Assembly: GCA_964035545.1 (NCBI GenBank)
Contig: CAXIUT010000097.1
Coordinates: 556,001-620,000, forward strand
DNA: 64,000 nucleotides
Reading direction: 5' to 3'
From: Bugula neritina
Lineage: Eukaryota; Animalia; Bryozoa
Positions within the stretch are counted from its first letter, which is position 1; each line of letters begins with the position of its first letter. Below, one piece after another: positions 43,805 to 58,920 of the stretch. The notes under the pieces are model-generated. The model did not search any database and was not told where the DNA came from. It saw only the letters and a list, made by a program, of their open reading frames with translations. The translations under genes were made by a program, and so were the position numbers.

Positions 43805-45700
43805 TTTTGGTAGTTTCCCCAAAATGCTAAATAGAAAAAGCCTCCCCAGAATGTACCGGGCCTGAGAATATTGGTGGGAGAGCTGTTGAAGCCAGTCTTT
43901 GATGAAAGTGTAATAACTAGCATGGAAGACCTTGAAAAGATGTTGACTAAGATTTCAGAGAGCTCAAGAACAGCAAAACTGTGGGTCATGTGCTTTATTA
44001 GACAAATTTTACCATCAACACCCACATCATAGCTGATGAAGAAGACTGGGCCTTACACCTAGCAATGGAAGAGGAAATGTATTTATATCTGTATAACATG
44101 GAGGTCAAGCCACAAGATGTACGGATTGAACTCATGGCTGGTAACCACACAATGCATCATAAACTCGGCCAGCTCGACGGCATCTGGTCAAACATGACCA
44201 TTGAGGTGACCCTCGTGAGATTTGGTCACAGCAAGGGGGAATCATTGGCATCACCAATAAAACTGAAATTGTCAAGGTGTGGGTCTACAGCACTTCTGCA
44301 TGCAACAAGATACAGTAAGGCCTCAATGACATCAGAGATGAGTCTGAAATAAATGCTTCCACTACTCATAAGGAAGAGATGCAATCAAGAATCCAATCTG
44401 ATTCAAAGGACAGAAAGTTTGTCAAAAGGAAGATTGAACTCTACAATGTCCCACTCAAAGAAGGCTGCCACCCAGTTGCTCTTGTCAATATTGAAACAGA
44501 AAAAGTCATCGGTTATTCAGCAATTATGATAGACAATATTTTTGTTATAGGTAAAGCATCTATACAAGAATTTAAAGTGAACTAGTCATCTAAAGTGAAG
44601 ACAATGGTATCATCTCAAAGGCATATTAAGGTTTCTAATACCACTGTGTATGATACTGAAGTCATATATGCCCAAGCCATTGTACTCAAGCAGACCAAGA
44701 ATTTGGATGCAAACTTTTTAATGGCTCATAAACTTGCAGCATTGCCACTTTCTACATTCATGGAAACAGGGAAAATAAGAAAAAACTAAGACCAAGTCAA
44801 TTTTAAAAAAAATCAGAACAGTCCGCGACAAGAAGATAAGAAAATTCCCACCAAGCTGGAGGTTCTGTTATCCAAGATGACAATAAAAACTACACTGATG
44901 TATGGATATCGGACATGGCCACTGACTCAAAGACAAAAAGACAAGATAAGTGCAACTGAGATAAGGATGCCTTGTCACATTTACAATATAGAGTGGGAAG
45001 ACCATAATATAACAAATGATAATATAAGAAGGAGGCCAAAATAAAAGCCATCGAAATATGCATGAGGAGAAGACCTCTTCAATAGTATGGACATGTGCGC
45101 CGAAGAGATAGGGATGAAGATATTATAATGGTGGCTGAGATGAAAACACAGAGAAAGAGAGGGAGGCCAAAGAAAAGGTTAATGGGTCCAATGAAGGATG
45201 ACATACTGAAATATGGCCTATCAGATGAAGGTTTTGACGACAGAATCAGATGACACTCTCTGATAGCACTTGGTTCCCTGCAAAATCGCCACCCATCCTA
45301 GACCACAGCATACTAGGTGAGAAAATCCAAGACGAATCTCTATAATAGACAATTTGCTGCTTTCCAATGACCGCTCAGAGTGTGATACAGTGGCGACAAT
45401 GTAAAATATTGGAAAGGAAGTCATACTAAATGTATTGGTAGAAGAAAAGTGTAATTTGGTGACACTATAGGGCTTCTTTTCAGGATGACTATTCATACAA
45501 GCTACCAGGTTTATGCTATGTTGCTACGCTTATGCAAAGTGCTCTTCCATGACATCTGCAAGACAAAAGGCTTAGAAAACCAAGGTCAGCAATGCTATTT
45601 GCGATGTGCCTTTAACTTATGCACTTTGCCTCCTACAGATGAAGCTATTGAACAATGTCACCAGAGCACACCTCCAGAAGCCATATGAAACTGCGGCAAT
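43805..45700 (+). pseudogene. Fragmented Academ-type transposase gene
   Basis: Pieces across frames: FGSFPKML..PQNV..LRILV.ELL, SRTAKLWV, DWALHL, GNHTMHH..GIWSNMTIEVTLVRFGH, HKEEMQSRIQSD, YDTEVIY and LPPTDEA. Confidence 0.7.
44836..45325 (+). mobile_element. 5'-truncated RTE-like non-LTR retrotransposon (3' end)
   Basis: Translates as DKKIPTKLEVLLSKMTIKTTLMYGYRTWPLTQRQKDKISATEIRM...YGHV.RR...RGRPKKR, the typical C-terminus of RTE ORFs. Confidence 0.8.
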
Positions 45701-46428
45701 AAACCTACTAGAACATTGATAGGTGAAAAGGGTCTAAGAGAATCTCTTTTCCCAAAAAGAGTAGGAAACGATGTTGTGCTTACACCAGACAGTATTATGA
45801 AGTGGATCATTTTACTTAATTTGGTGTACATTCAATTATTCTAGTTTTTGTCGATTTTTTACAATTTAGCTGCTATTGTATATAGATTTTTGCCCCAACT
45901 ATTAAAATTTTAACAAACAAACTAAATAATTACGGCTTTTCCAATTATGCATGATTTTCTATGTTTTTTTCCTAATTTATCAGTACATTGAGATATTATA
46001 TAGACCGTGATGGTTCACAATTCTACATTTAGCTCGTATGACATGACGCCACGCTTAAATGTTGCAGAACCTCTTCCCAGTTTTTTTGCTATGCATGGTT
46101 AGAATTAGCAAATTATATTACTCTCTATAGTAAGTTTTCATGAATTTTGAGCAAACTTTGAAATTTTTGATCATAATCTGCTGACGTGTGCTAAATAAAG
46201 TAAAATAGCCCAAATTCATTAAATACTTCTGTGGAATCCAACAATCATGCAAAACAACGAGATATGGCTATTCTAGTACATCTATCCCATGCACAGAGTT
46301 CTGCCCTTGTGAAGCAGTAACAGGAGTGTGCTGCAATGAACTAACATTTCTAACAAATGCTAATGATAGAAAAAAATGAGAAAGGTGTTTAATATGAACA
46401 TGAGCTAAAGTTTGTCACATCTGTATGG

Positions 46429-46656
<228 letters not shown>

Positions 46657-49142
46657 ATTTTTTTCTATTATGCCTATTAAATGACGATTTTTTCATAATT
46701 GGCGGCCATCTTAGATTTCTTGAAATGCTCAAGGGTGGTGGGTCCACACTCACCTGGAAACATTTACCTGGACCCTCAAGATAAATAATCAAGAGAGAAA
46801 AAAACTTTATCCGAGATTGCGAACCTAACCCCCAGTTCTGCCAGGCTATTATACTTCACAAGTGCTAGACTGCCAGTGCTGATGGCTCAAAAGATAAATG
46901 TTATAAACTGTCGGCTAAAACCCAATCTTGTATTCCTAGGTTGGTTGGCCTAAATAAAACAATTGTCAAATCATGAAATCATGTTTTAGGAATCTACTCT
47001 ATTCTAACCTGCTGCCTAGCTAGTTTTATTTTCTTATCATAATATTTGATGTATAATTACAGAATTTGTGATACACTTTTCGGCAACCATACGAGTTATA
47101 AAATGCAATAATGGTACTTATAATATTATACTACTATTCATATAATAATATATTATATAGTATTATGTGTGTTTTTATTATATTGCATAATATATATCAA
47201 ATTATTGTTGTTGTACAAACAAGTGCAATTAACCTAGTTTTCAAAATGTACCTCTAAATTATTAGAATATTAGTTTAGATATTTTCATGGTTTGTTAGCT
47301 TAACCTAAAAAATAGGCTGTATTCCCAAAGTAAAGGGTGTTGAACTATGAACTATAATAGATTAGCTACTCTGCTACCAATTGTGCCAGTATAATATATG
47401 GCTAGCTGTAATGCTTTGTCTCCGGTGGCTGGCTGCAATATGATTTAACTTGGCCAACTTACAAGAATTTAAAATTGGCGCAATTATTCAAAAGGTTACA
47501 TACAGCACAGAGCTAGCTGTGATAGTAACCTTGGTATTATCAGTATTTATTACAACTGCCAGCATATAAGCTGCATTGTAGAATGCCGTTGGGGTAGGCT
47601 AGTAAAATCAAATTCTGCTCTCTAATATACCTTAGACACAATGCAGCAACATAATTGTTGGTTTCAAATTACATTGCCATCTTTACATGAGCCGTGGGCT
47701 TCATAAAGATTCATATGATTAGAGATTTATGCTATAGGCTAGCTATGATGAAAAGAAAACACCATTGTCAAAGTTAACTTCAAGTATGTTGTTTTCCAGA
47801 AACTCAGTAATGTCCATTTATATCTCTCGCATACAAATACTTATGTAATAGCATACAGTTTAAGTTTTATTTTAGAGCACATCTGCAAACTCTACAATAA
47901 GAGCTTGCTTTACCAGTCTATTTCAGACCTGTTTTTGTAGCTAGTAATACGCAAGCTACTTATTTTTTAACTTTTGGGTTATTTGGTCAAAACCATTAGC
48001 TTTGCTAGTAACCTGAAGCTATTGCAACAGTTTGTGAAAATAGCTAGCCGCTGCTAGTCAAATTGAATTGACAGCCTAATAATTACAACCCATTTGAGGC
48101 TTCACATATTTATATGATCATAGTTACTCATATAGTGCACCCATCTACAATGACAGTGTGGTCCGGAAATAAGAGGCGCCGGCGATAAATTGGTAGAGCA
48201 TGAACCAAACCCATTTTGTGGCAATTTTTTTTTAATAACTTATGGAAATCCTACGCATGTTTAATAAATATGGCTATAGCTGTAGCATTTCTTCAGCTTT
48301 TGAAACATTATTCAACAGTAGGGCAACATACATGCATACTGATTAGATACTGCACACTAAGCTAAACTTTAAATTGATTTTATAGAATACAGTGCACTTA
48401 GAATAATTATATGTGAATTAGAGAAACTGAAAGTAAACCTGCTGGACTATAGACAGACCTTTACTGACAAGACTGGAAAGTGAAGTGAGGTGATTTAGCT
48501 AAAATTAACTCTGCCAAACAAGCAAAGAATTATGCTGTGCTGATGCATTTTCAATAAATTGTAACATAGTGAGAAGATGCAGATAATTGCTAATGTAAAA
48601 TGGGAACATTATATTGGCAGAAATCCAATAGATTGTCAATTTATGCGAGAGGGTACTGTGTTATTGTGATAGCGTGCAGAGCGGCAGACGTACTAGGAAC
48701 GTTATAATTAGTCACAGGAGCGTAGCTAGAACCACCATATGAAGAATTTAGATAATTGCACTGAAACTTGCAAAATAGTGTATGTTTTGACTAAATTGTG
48801 AAGAGCATAAACAGAATTTTAAAAAACAAAGAAAGTATATTAGAGAAAACATATCAAGGAATGTCAAGTTTAACTTTTAGACTTTATAAAATGAATCCCC
48901 TGTGCTACAGCAGTGGAACATGGAGGGTGTAAAATTTTACTTATTATGCAACAACTTTCTCAGAAAATTTTTTATTGAAAAATTAAAAAAATTATATGAA
49001 AGAGGAATGTAAGAGCTATCTTTTCATATATAATTTGTTAATGTGAGACAAAAACTGTTCGAGCTGTCCCCTGAAAACCGTTTATATATAACATAAAGCA
49101 GTGCCTGAATCTGGAAAGTAATATGACCTTAAACTAACTGTG

Positions 49143-52100
49143 ACATACTCAAATATACCGTAACATACTCAAATATACTGTAACATACTGAAATATACTG
49201 TAGCATACTGAAATATAGCTAGTGTAACATATTGAAATATACTGCAACATTCTCAAATATATTGTAACAAACTGAAATATACCGTAACATATTCAAATGT
49301 ACTGTAACATACTGAAATATACAGAAACATACTCAAATAGACCAAAACATACTGGATTATACTGTAACATATTGAAATATATTGCAATCTACTGATATAT
49401 ACTGTAACATACTGAAAATATACTGTAACATACTGAAATAATTTGTAACATACTGAAATATACCGCAACACACTGATATATACTGCAAAATTCTGATATA
49501 TACTGCAACATACTAAAGTATACTGTAACATACTAAAATATACTGTAACATACTGAAATAACCTGCAACATACTGATATATATTGTAGCATACTGAAATA
49601 TACTGTAACATGCTGAAAAGTACTGTGACATGCTGGAAAATACTGTAGCATACTGAAATATACTGTAACAAACTGAAATATACTGTAACATAACGAAATA
49701 TATTGTAACATACTGAAATGTACTGTAAAATACCGATATATGTTGTAACATACTGAAATAGACATTAACATATTATTGAAGTATATTATATTATACTAAT
49801 TTATACTGTAACATATTTGAGTATACTGTGACATACTGAAATATACTACAATTTGCTAAAATATACTGCAACATACTGGAATATACTGCAACATACTGAA
49901 ATATACTGCAACATACTGAAATACACGGCAATGTACTGAAATATACTGAATTACACTGATATTTACTGCAACATACTAATATATACTGCAACATACTAAA
50001 ATATATTGTAACATGCTGAAATATACTCCAACATATAATGTAGTAGAGAAAAATCTATTATAATGCATTGCAATATGCTGTAGTACAATGTTATAAAGTG
50101 TAATATACTGTAATACAACGTAACACATTGTCAAAATCTTTGATATGTAGTATACCGCCATACACTTTCAAAAACTGTAATACATTGTAATAGACCAAAA
50201 TAATGTAATGTAAAAAAGTTGTTTTTTACTGAAACATACTGCGATAAACAGTAATATACTGCAAAACATTATTATAGACTGAAATATACTGTAATACATT
50301 TTTATACTGAAACATACTGTCAAAAGTTTTAATTCATATTGATGAGATATAGTAGACTAAACTACACTCTCATAAATTGTAACATACTAAAACATAATGT
50401 AATACATTGCAATGCAGCGTAATACATTGTAAAAGATTGAAAGATACTGTAACACATATATTACACTGTAATACATTGTAATAGACAAAAATGCACTTCA
50501 ATACAGTGTAATATACTGGAAAACACTATATTCCGTTTGAATACACCGCAACAGGTTGTAATAGACTGAAGTATACTGTGAAGTACCTAAATACACTGTA
50601 ATATACTCTAATGCAATGTAATACCTTGACAAGATTTGTGATATTTAGTAATATGTCGTAATGCACTTTCATATATACTGTAATATACTGTAATATACTG
50701 TAATATACTGTAATATACTGTAATTCACTATATCGCACTGCATAGTACATAAACGCACTATTATAGACTGTAATACAATTTTATACGCTGTAATACGCTG
50801 CACTAAATTCTAACACATTGTAATACACTGAAACAGGCTTCGATAAACCTTAATACACTGTAATACATTATTATACACTGAGATATACTGCAATATATTG
50901 TTTTATACTAAAACATACTATAATAAATTTTAATACAACATAATACATTGTAATAAACTGAAATGTACCTACTGCAAAATATTATATTATACTGAAACAT
51001 ACAGTAATTTACTGTACCAAATCATAAATTACTGAAAACCATTCCAATGGACTGGTTTACAATGCTATACGCTGTGATATGCTGTAATACACTGTAATTT
51101 ACTTTCAAAAACTGTGATACACTGCAATATACTGCAACACAATCTCTGAAACTGTATTGCAATTGAACATACAGGAACATACTATATAATAACTTTAAAA
51201 AAACTGTAATACATTGTAATAGACTTTATTATTTTCTAATACACTGCAATACAATATAATGGGCTGAACTATAGCGTAATACAGTGCGGTATGCAGAAAC
51301 ATACAGCAATAAGTTGTAATACACAGCAACACATTGTAATAGAATTAAATATACTGTATTATAATGCATTAAACTGAAACATACTATAGAGCAATATAAA
51401 ACACTGTAAAGTACATAAACACATTATTATAAACTGTAGTACAACTTTATACCTTGTAATGTGCTGCAATACACTGTGATACATTGTCAAAAACTGTGAT
51501 AACACTGTTAAATGCTACAACACACTTTCAAAACCTGTAATACATTTTAATAGATGGAAAAAATGGTAATAACCGTAATACGCTGTAATGCATTGTAATA
51601 GACGGAACTACACTGTAATACTGTGTGATATACAAAAACCTTCTTCGATAATTTGTAATACATTTCAATACATTGTTATGCACTGAAACATACTGTAATA
51701 CATTTTGAATACTGAAACATACTGTAAAAAGTTTTAGTACACCGTAATACATTGTAATAGACATCGTAACCTAAAGAAACATGCGGTAATAAGGTTAAGT
51801 ACAATGTAATACATTGTAAAAAACTGAAACTATTGTAATACATTGTAATATACTGAATCATACTATAAAAGATTGTAAGACTTTGTACAATACTTAAATA
51901 TACTGTAATAAACTGTACTACAATGTTATACAGTGTAATATACTGTATAATGAAGTCTAATACAATGTAAAAACATGTAAAAACATGTTATATACAGCAA
52001 TATACTGCAATACACTTTCATGAACTGCAACACATTGTAATAGACTGAAATACACTGTAATACCTTTTAATATACTGAAACATACAGTAAGGAAATCTAT

Positions 52101-53297
52101 TAGACTGCATGACTTTTTAACAGACTTTAATATTTTGTAATATATACTGCAATACTGGTAATAGACTAAAATATGCTGTATTATATTGTTTTATATTGAA
52201 ACATAGTGTAAAACATAATAACACACTGTACAGTACTGAAACACGCTATAATAATATACTGTAGTACAATGTTATATTTTGTCGCATGCTGTAATAAACT
52301 GTGATACATTGTCAAAAACTGTGGTACACTGTAATGTACTGCAATACACTCTCTAGAACTGTAATTCATTGTAATAGAAAGACATCTACTGTAAAACATA
52401 TAGAGCACTCTAACACATTGCAATACACTGAAATATGCTGTAATACATATATCACATTGTAATAAATTGTAATAGACTAAAATAATTTTTAATACACTGA
52501 AATGCATTGTAGCAGACTGAAACACAGTGCCATAAAGTGTAACATACTGAAACGTATTATAATACACCGTGATAGAGTGAAATATGTTGTTATAGTATAT
52601 ATGAAATATATGAAAAATATAGTGTAATATATTGAAGCATAATGTAATACATTACAATACACTGTAATACATTGCTTTATACTGAAAAATACTGTGATCT
52701 GTTGTAATACACTGTAAGACATTGTAAGAGACTGAAATACACTGTAGTACATATGTTTCGCTCTAATACATTGTAATCAACAAAAATACATTGCAATACA
52801 GTGTAACATACTGAAGCATAATGTAATACATTGCAACAAACTGTAATACTTGTTTTATACTGAAACATACTCTTATCTGTTGTAATACACTTTAGCACAT
52901 TGTAATAGACTGAGATACACAGTATTATATTGTATTATACTGAAGCATACTATAAAACACTATAACACACTGTAAAGTACTGAAACGCACTATAAAATAC
53001 TGTAGTACATTGCTATATGCTCTAATATGTTGTAATACAGTGTAATATACTGAAGCATAATGTAATACATTGCAACAAACTGTAATACTTGTTTTATACT
53101 GAAACATACTCTTATCTGTTGTAATACACTTTAGCACATTGTAATAGACTGAGATACACAGTATTATATTGTATTATACTGAAGCATACTATAAAACACT
53201 ATAACACACTGTAAAGTACTGAAACGCACTATAAAATACTGTAGTACATTGCTATATGCTCTAATATGTTGTAATACAGTGTAATATACTGCAATAC
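49143..53297 (+). repeat. Satellite A, increasingly degenerate (TACTGTAATA-type), ending in a 239-bp near-perfect tandem duplication
   Basis: Residual decamer period; about 52800-53038 is repeated at about 53039-53290. Confidence 0.88.
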
Positions 53298-53364
53298 TAT
53301 AGAGTGCCAAATAGTCAAAAATTGCTTATTATTGCATCTCATATGCATATAATAAAGTATCTAA

Positions 53365-53625
53365 CCATTATTCTCTCTCATATGCTCACAAAACGCTCTC
53401 ATTGGTCTATAATTTGCTCTCATACCTTTATTATTTGTGCTCTTAGGTCTATTATTTAGTCTCACACTGTCATTATTCATTCCCATACCCTTATTTCTCC
53501 TCCTTTTATTCTCATTATTTAGTCCCATACCTCCATTATGCACTCTCATACCCCTATTATTTGCTCTGTTATAAACATTATTCATTATCTTATGCTTATT
53601 ATTCTCTCTCATACCCTTATTACTG
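53365..53625 (-). repeat. Diverged 21-bp tandem repeat (~12 units), open as an Asn-rich heptad ORF (53361-53675)
   Basis: TTATT(C/T)...CTCATACC unit every 21 bp; translates as NKGMREN-like heptads. Confidence 0.75.
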
Positions 53626-54015
53626 TCTTGCTTTTGCGCCTGATTCTGACTCACTAGTATTTGTGTACACGTCACAATAGTTGAGTATAATATGCCAGTC
53701 CATTCGTGTCACACTACTAGGCTCCACCCCATTTATCAAATCTGATTGGATAACTGCAATGACACTAAGAGTAATAATAAATGCTGGGTGGGGTGCCTAG
53801 GTTTAGTTAGCCATTCTTCATTCATAAGTATCAGTCTAGGAGCGAACAAGTTTTACCAGAATATTGTGCAGTTAGGTGCAAAAATGGAGATTTTGACAGA
53901 AAATTCCTCATTAATAACATTTTGTTAGAAGCTTTTGTTAGATGAGCCTTACTGACTACCAACATATTTGAAAGCATAGAAAGCTAAGGATATAGCCTAT
54001 ATCCATTTAAGCCCA

Positions 54016-55180
54016 TTTCAGTTTATTACAATGTGTTACAGTTTCTAAAATTGTATCGTAGTATATTGCAGTGTATCAAAGGTTTTGACATTGTATAACA
54101 GTGTATTATAGCATATTACAGCGTATAACATTGTAACACAGTCCATTAAAGTTGTTTTGAGTGAATTACGGTTTGGTACAGTATATTACTGTATGTTTCA
54201 GTATATTACAATGTACTTTACAATGTGTTATAGTAATTTACAGTATGTTTCAGTATATGACAATGTATTAAGGTTTATGAAAGTGTATTACGATATATTA
54301 CTGTATGTCACTAATTTTGTCAATGTATTACATTGTATAACAGCATATTACACTTTATAACATTGTACTTCAGTGGGTTACAGTGTATCTAGGTACTATA
54401 CAATGTGTTATTGCATTTCACAATATATTTCAGTGTCTTTAAATGCCTTAAAGTTTTTGAAAGTGCAATGCAGTATAATACAGTGTATCATAGTTTTGAC
54501 AATGTATTTTAGTGTATCACAGCATATTACAGCGATTAACATTGTAACACAGTCCATTACAGTGTTTTTAGTAATTTTTGGTTTGTTACGGTATATTTCG
54601 GTCTATTACAACGTATTTCAGTTTATGAAAGCTTATTGCTGTCTATTACTGTATGCGACATATATTGTCAATGTATTACATTGTATTACAGTATATTACA
54701 CTGTATAAGGTTATACTACAGCCTACTTCGGTGTTTTTACAAACTTGACAGTACGTGTTATTACACTTTACAATATGTTTCAGTATATTACAATGTATTA
54801 CAGTTTTCGAAAGTGTAATACAGTATTTTACAGTATAGCACAGGTTATGAGATTGTATTACAGTGTGTTATGGCATATTACGGGGTATAACATTGTAATA
54901 CAGTCCAGTACAGGGTTTCTTAGTATTTACATGTATGATTTGTCGAAGTATATTACAGTATGTTTCTGTATATTACAATGTATTGCAGTATAATTCAATG
55001 TATTACAATGCATCAGGTGCATTAAAACTCATTACAGTATGTTTCAGTATAAAACAGTGTATTACAGTATGTTTCTGTGTATAATAATGTATTACAGTGT
55101 ATTACGGTTTACCGCAGTATGTTTCATTGTATCACACTGTATTAAAGTATCTTTTATTTTATTACAATATATTACATTTT
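54016..55180 (-). repeat. Degenerate satellite A, inverted
   Basis: TATTACAGTA / GTTTCAGTAT decamers. Confidence 0.85.
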
Positions 55181-55499
55181 ATTTACACAGTCAGTTAATG
55201 CTGGTGGTTTTTGATAGATGTAATATAGTTTGCACCAATCTCTATTCACTTGGTAAGCACATGAACCTTATATAATTGATGGCATTGTCCTGAACTGCCA
55301 AAAATCTCCATGCATTGCTAAAGTAAAAACTAGACAACTTATGCAAACAGCTGGCCTGTTAGAACGAGTCACTTTTCTCTCAGGTCTAGGCAAGTGCAAC
55401 TAATAGCAGCTGGTCTATCAAGGTATAAAAAGTTAAAATAAGTGCTGCAGGACAATTATGATTTGATACAAAAACATTTGATTGACAAGCAATATATTG

Positions 55500-56070
55500 T
55501 TCAAATTAAAGGACCAAACCTGGTATCTTATCCACACAGCCTTGGGGGTATATAAACCCTAAAGATGTGGAGGTAAAACAGTCATCATTGTCATTCATCT
55601 CACAAACAGTTCACTTTTCTCTCGATAGATGCTTTAGAAAAGTTCTCTGACTAAAACAGAGCAGTCAGAGCAACTGCCACAATTCAAAAGCACTTAAGCA
55701 AATATGCCCCGTTCAATTTTCAAAATGCCAAACAAACTATCCTTCAACTCATTCATGCAGCGTATTTTTTAAATGAGATCGCCGTGCTCAAGGCATCTCA
55801 GACTCCGAAAAAAAATCTAGTTGTCTGACAACGCTATATCCATTATTAGACTCAAAAGCTCTACTTCCTATTGGTGGGAGACTTCAAGAATGTATCACCC
55901 TGTCACATGATAAGAAGCACCTCATCATCTTACCCAAATCTGCACCTATGACTGCTACTAATTAGCCATCATCACTCACTTCCTGCTCACCAAGGTCTAG
56001 AACCTACACTAAATCACATTAGATATCATGGTTTCTGACTAGTCAATGCCAAGTCTAATGTCTTGAAATG
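55500..56070 (+). mobile_element. BEL/Pao LTR retrotransposon pol fragment (RNaseH-integrase junction)
   Basis: From about 55834: LYPLLDSKALLPIGGRLQECITLSHDKKHLIILPK, then after a frameshift LISHHHSLPAHQGLEPTLNHIRYHGF*. This is the characteristic BEL/Pao GGRL..KHP.ILP..H..H.G motif. Confidence 0.78.
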
Positions 56071-56332
56071 AAGTATTGAGATTCATGAGGCTGCTACTAA
56101 GAGTACATGGCTATCCCAAAGCGAAGGCCAATTGGCTTGTCAGGCCATTGAGTAAATTAGTAGTTTTAGTAAAAGCACCAAGTAAAATTTTATCTTGAAT
56201 TTTAGGTGGGAGTGTAGCGTTTTGATCATTCCTTATTATATTACACACTACTACATTGCCTTAACTTTTGCTCAATCTATTCAAATCATCGCTTGCAGTA
56301 GCACAGGACAATTCATCACCATTCACTCATAT

Positions 56333-56487
56333 ACTCATTTAGCTACTCACTTAGCTATTCACTTAGCTACTTACTTAGCTACTCACTTAGCTACTCACTT
56401 AGCTACTCACTTAGCTACTCACTTAGCTACTCACTTAGCTACTCACTTAGCTACTCACTTAGCTACTCACTTAGCTACTCACTTAGC
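56333..56487. repeat. 12-bp minisatellite (ACTCACTTAGCT) x ~13
   Basis: Directly visible; the first units are degenerate and the remainder perfect. Confidence 0.97.
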
Positions 56488-57498
56488 CACAGCTTTTTTA
56501 AACCACAGATAGCTCTGTATTCACTATTACAATGCAATGATTTTTACTACCAGAATAGCTGTCAGCTTTTGATAGCTTGTAGCCAGAGATTATAGCAGCG
56601 AAGTTGTTTTATGTGTTCATGTCAGTCTGATGCTTTTCTCCACTGACTTTTGTAGTTCTCACTAGTCATTTTTGATTTTGTACATGATACATGTAGATAT
56701 TTGAACTTTCACTATTACGACCTTGTATATTTGACTCTAACTCTCCCCGGGAAGAGTAATAGAAGTATGTTGAACATTGTTATGCAACAATTTTGAATTG
56801 TTTTATGTTTCATTTTTCTTGTCATCAATGTCTATATTATTAAAATGTATTATTGTAGTTTCGATAAACATCAGCAAAACTCCAGCAGTGCAACCTATTA
56901 GTAATAAACTGGGATAGAAGTCACACAGACAATATTTTTCATTTACCACAAATTTAGAATAAGTTATGCGTACTGTGTAACACCGAGAAAATTGTCCAGG
57001 AAAAATAATTCCCACCCACATCAAACTCACACCATTGCTATTGCCATAATAGTAAAATGTTTAACCTAATATTCATAATATATTCACTAGGTAGTAGGAA
57101 AATGAAGAGAATCACTAGCCCCATAAATTTCAATATAGAAAGCACTATTTAAACTTGGTATATTTTTTCCCCAAGTTTATTTGCATCAATGTGATATTAT
57201 TTATTTGTCAATACATAATATATGATTATATATTGTAGTTATTAACAACACTAACAATAAATATTTTATCATTGTTTATGAAAGTTGTCGAGTCTCAACA
57301 ATGATTTATCATGATATTCATTTCAACTTTTAACAAATTCAAGTGTTCAATCAGCCCTCTCTGGTGCAAGACAGGCATCACTATACACACTGGTGTGAAA
57401 ACTTCTATTAAGTCAAAAAAATTTCTTTATAACTCATATAAACTTGCGGCACCGATGGCGGCATGATGACTTTTCATGCTTTAAAGCCGACTTTCGTA

Positions 57499-57504
<6 letters not shown>

Positions 57505-57564
<60 letters not shown>
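57505..57564. repeat. (AT)n microsatellite
   Basis: Directly visible. Confidence 0.99.
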
Positions 57565-57567
<3 letters not shown>

Positions 57568-57639
57568 GCTGGCTAAAATGATAATAATGCCCGGAAATCT
57601 TACATCAGAGTAAAACTAACAATCCTTCAATTACTCCAA

Positions 57640-58920
57640 TAACTGTACCACATTGTAAAGGACCTAAATATAATGTATTTTTATTGTAATAATATACTGA
57701 AACAAACAGTAATAAACTGTAATGCAGTGTAATACATTGTAGTATACTGAAATATACTGTAAATCATTGTAATATACTGAAACGTACTGTAATATACTGC
57801 AAGTCTGCAACAGACTGTAAAATACTGAAACAAACTGCAAGAGACTGTAGTCCAGTGCCATAAACTGCAATATACCCTAAAACACTGTAATACATTATTG
57901 TAATACACTTTTAAATACAATGTCATACATTGTAGTGCTATGTTCTACGATGTAAAACACTGTAATACACAATTATGCACTGTAACTCAGTGTAATATAC
58001 TGAGAGATATTTTAAGATACTGTATTACACTATATAATACTTTGTAATTTATTGCTTTAGACTGAAAAATAGTGTAATACATTCTAGTATATTTAAACAT
58101 ACTGTAATAGGCTATAATACAGTGTAATAGACTGAAACACTCTTTAATACATTCTAATATCCTGAAACCTACTGTAATAAACTGTAATACACTGTTATAC
58201 ATTGTCATAGACTGAAATAGACTGTAATATATTATTGTAATATGCTGCAATATACTGTAATATACTGCAACACCCTGTAAAGTACTAAAACACACTTCAA
58301 TAGACTGCAGTAAAGTGCCATACACAGCAATAGACCGCAGTAAAGTGCCATACACAGCAATATTGTAGTAATTTGTGCAATTACTGAGCGTGAGTTATTT
58401 ACTTGCGTATACTTAGTTGGCTATTCTACTAGCAATTACTAGGGTAGCTGTCGAGTAATTATATTTATTCTCCACAATAAAACATAAAGTAAACATCACA
58501 TCAAATTATCCTATACATCAGTCAACTACTAACACATGTTTCTCCTTCAAGCCTCCGCTTACAACAACGTGATCAATTGTTAATAACCCGGGAAGTGTCA
58601 CGTGAGTCGGAAGCATATCTTCCGGTGCTGCTAATTGGTTGCTACATAAGGGTCTTAGTATTCCCAGAATAGAGAGGGGGCGATTCCCGTATTTGTACTT
58701 TGCATGACTCATTACAATATAGCATTCTAAAACATTGTAATACATTGTGATACACTGAATCATACTGCAATACACTGTTAGTCATTGTCATAGACTGAAA
58801 TAGACTGTAGTATATTGTAGTACATTGTAATATACCAAAATATGCTCTAATGAATTGTAATACACTGTACCACATTGCGATAAACTGAAACATACTCTAA
58901 TAAATTGTAATGCACTGTAA
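57640..58920 (+). repeat. Degenerate satellite A, forward arm (interrupted by a solo LTR)
   Basis: TACTGAAATA / TACTGTAATA remnants. Confidence 0.82.
58364..58716. mobile_element. Solo LTR (353 bp), probably Gypsy-type
   Basis: TGTAGT...ATTACA termini, 4-bp TSD ATAT on both sides, non-satellite interior, no coding remnant. Confidence 0.75.

Noticed and set aside
56195-56512. ORF with (ATHL)n repeat
   Set aside because: In-frame read-through of a near-perfect 12-bp minisatellite with almost no synonymous variation.
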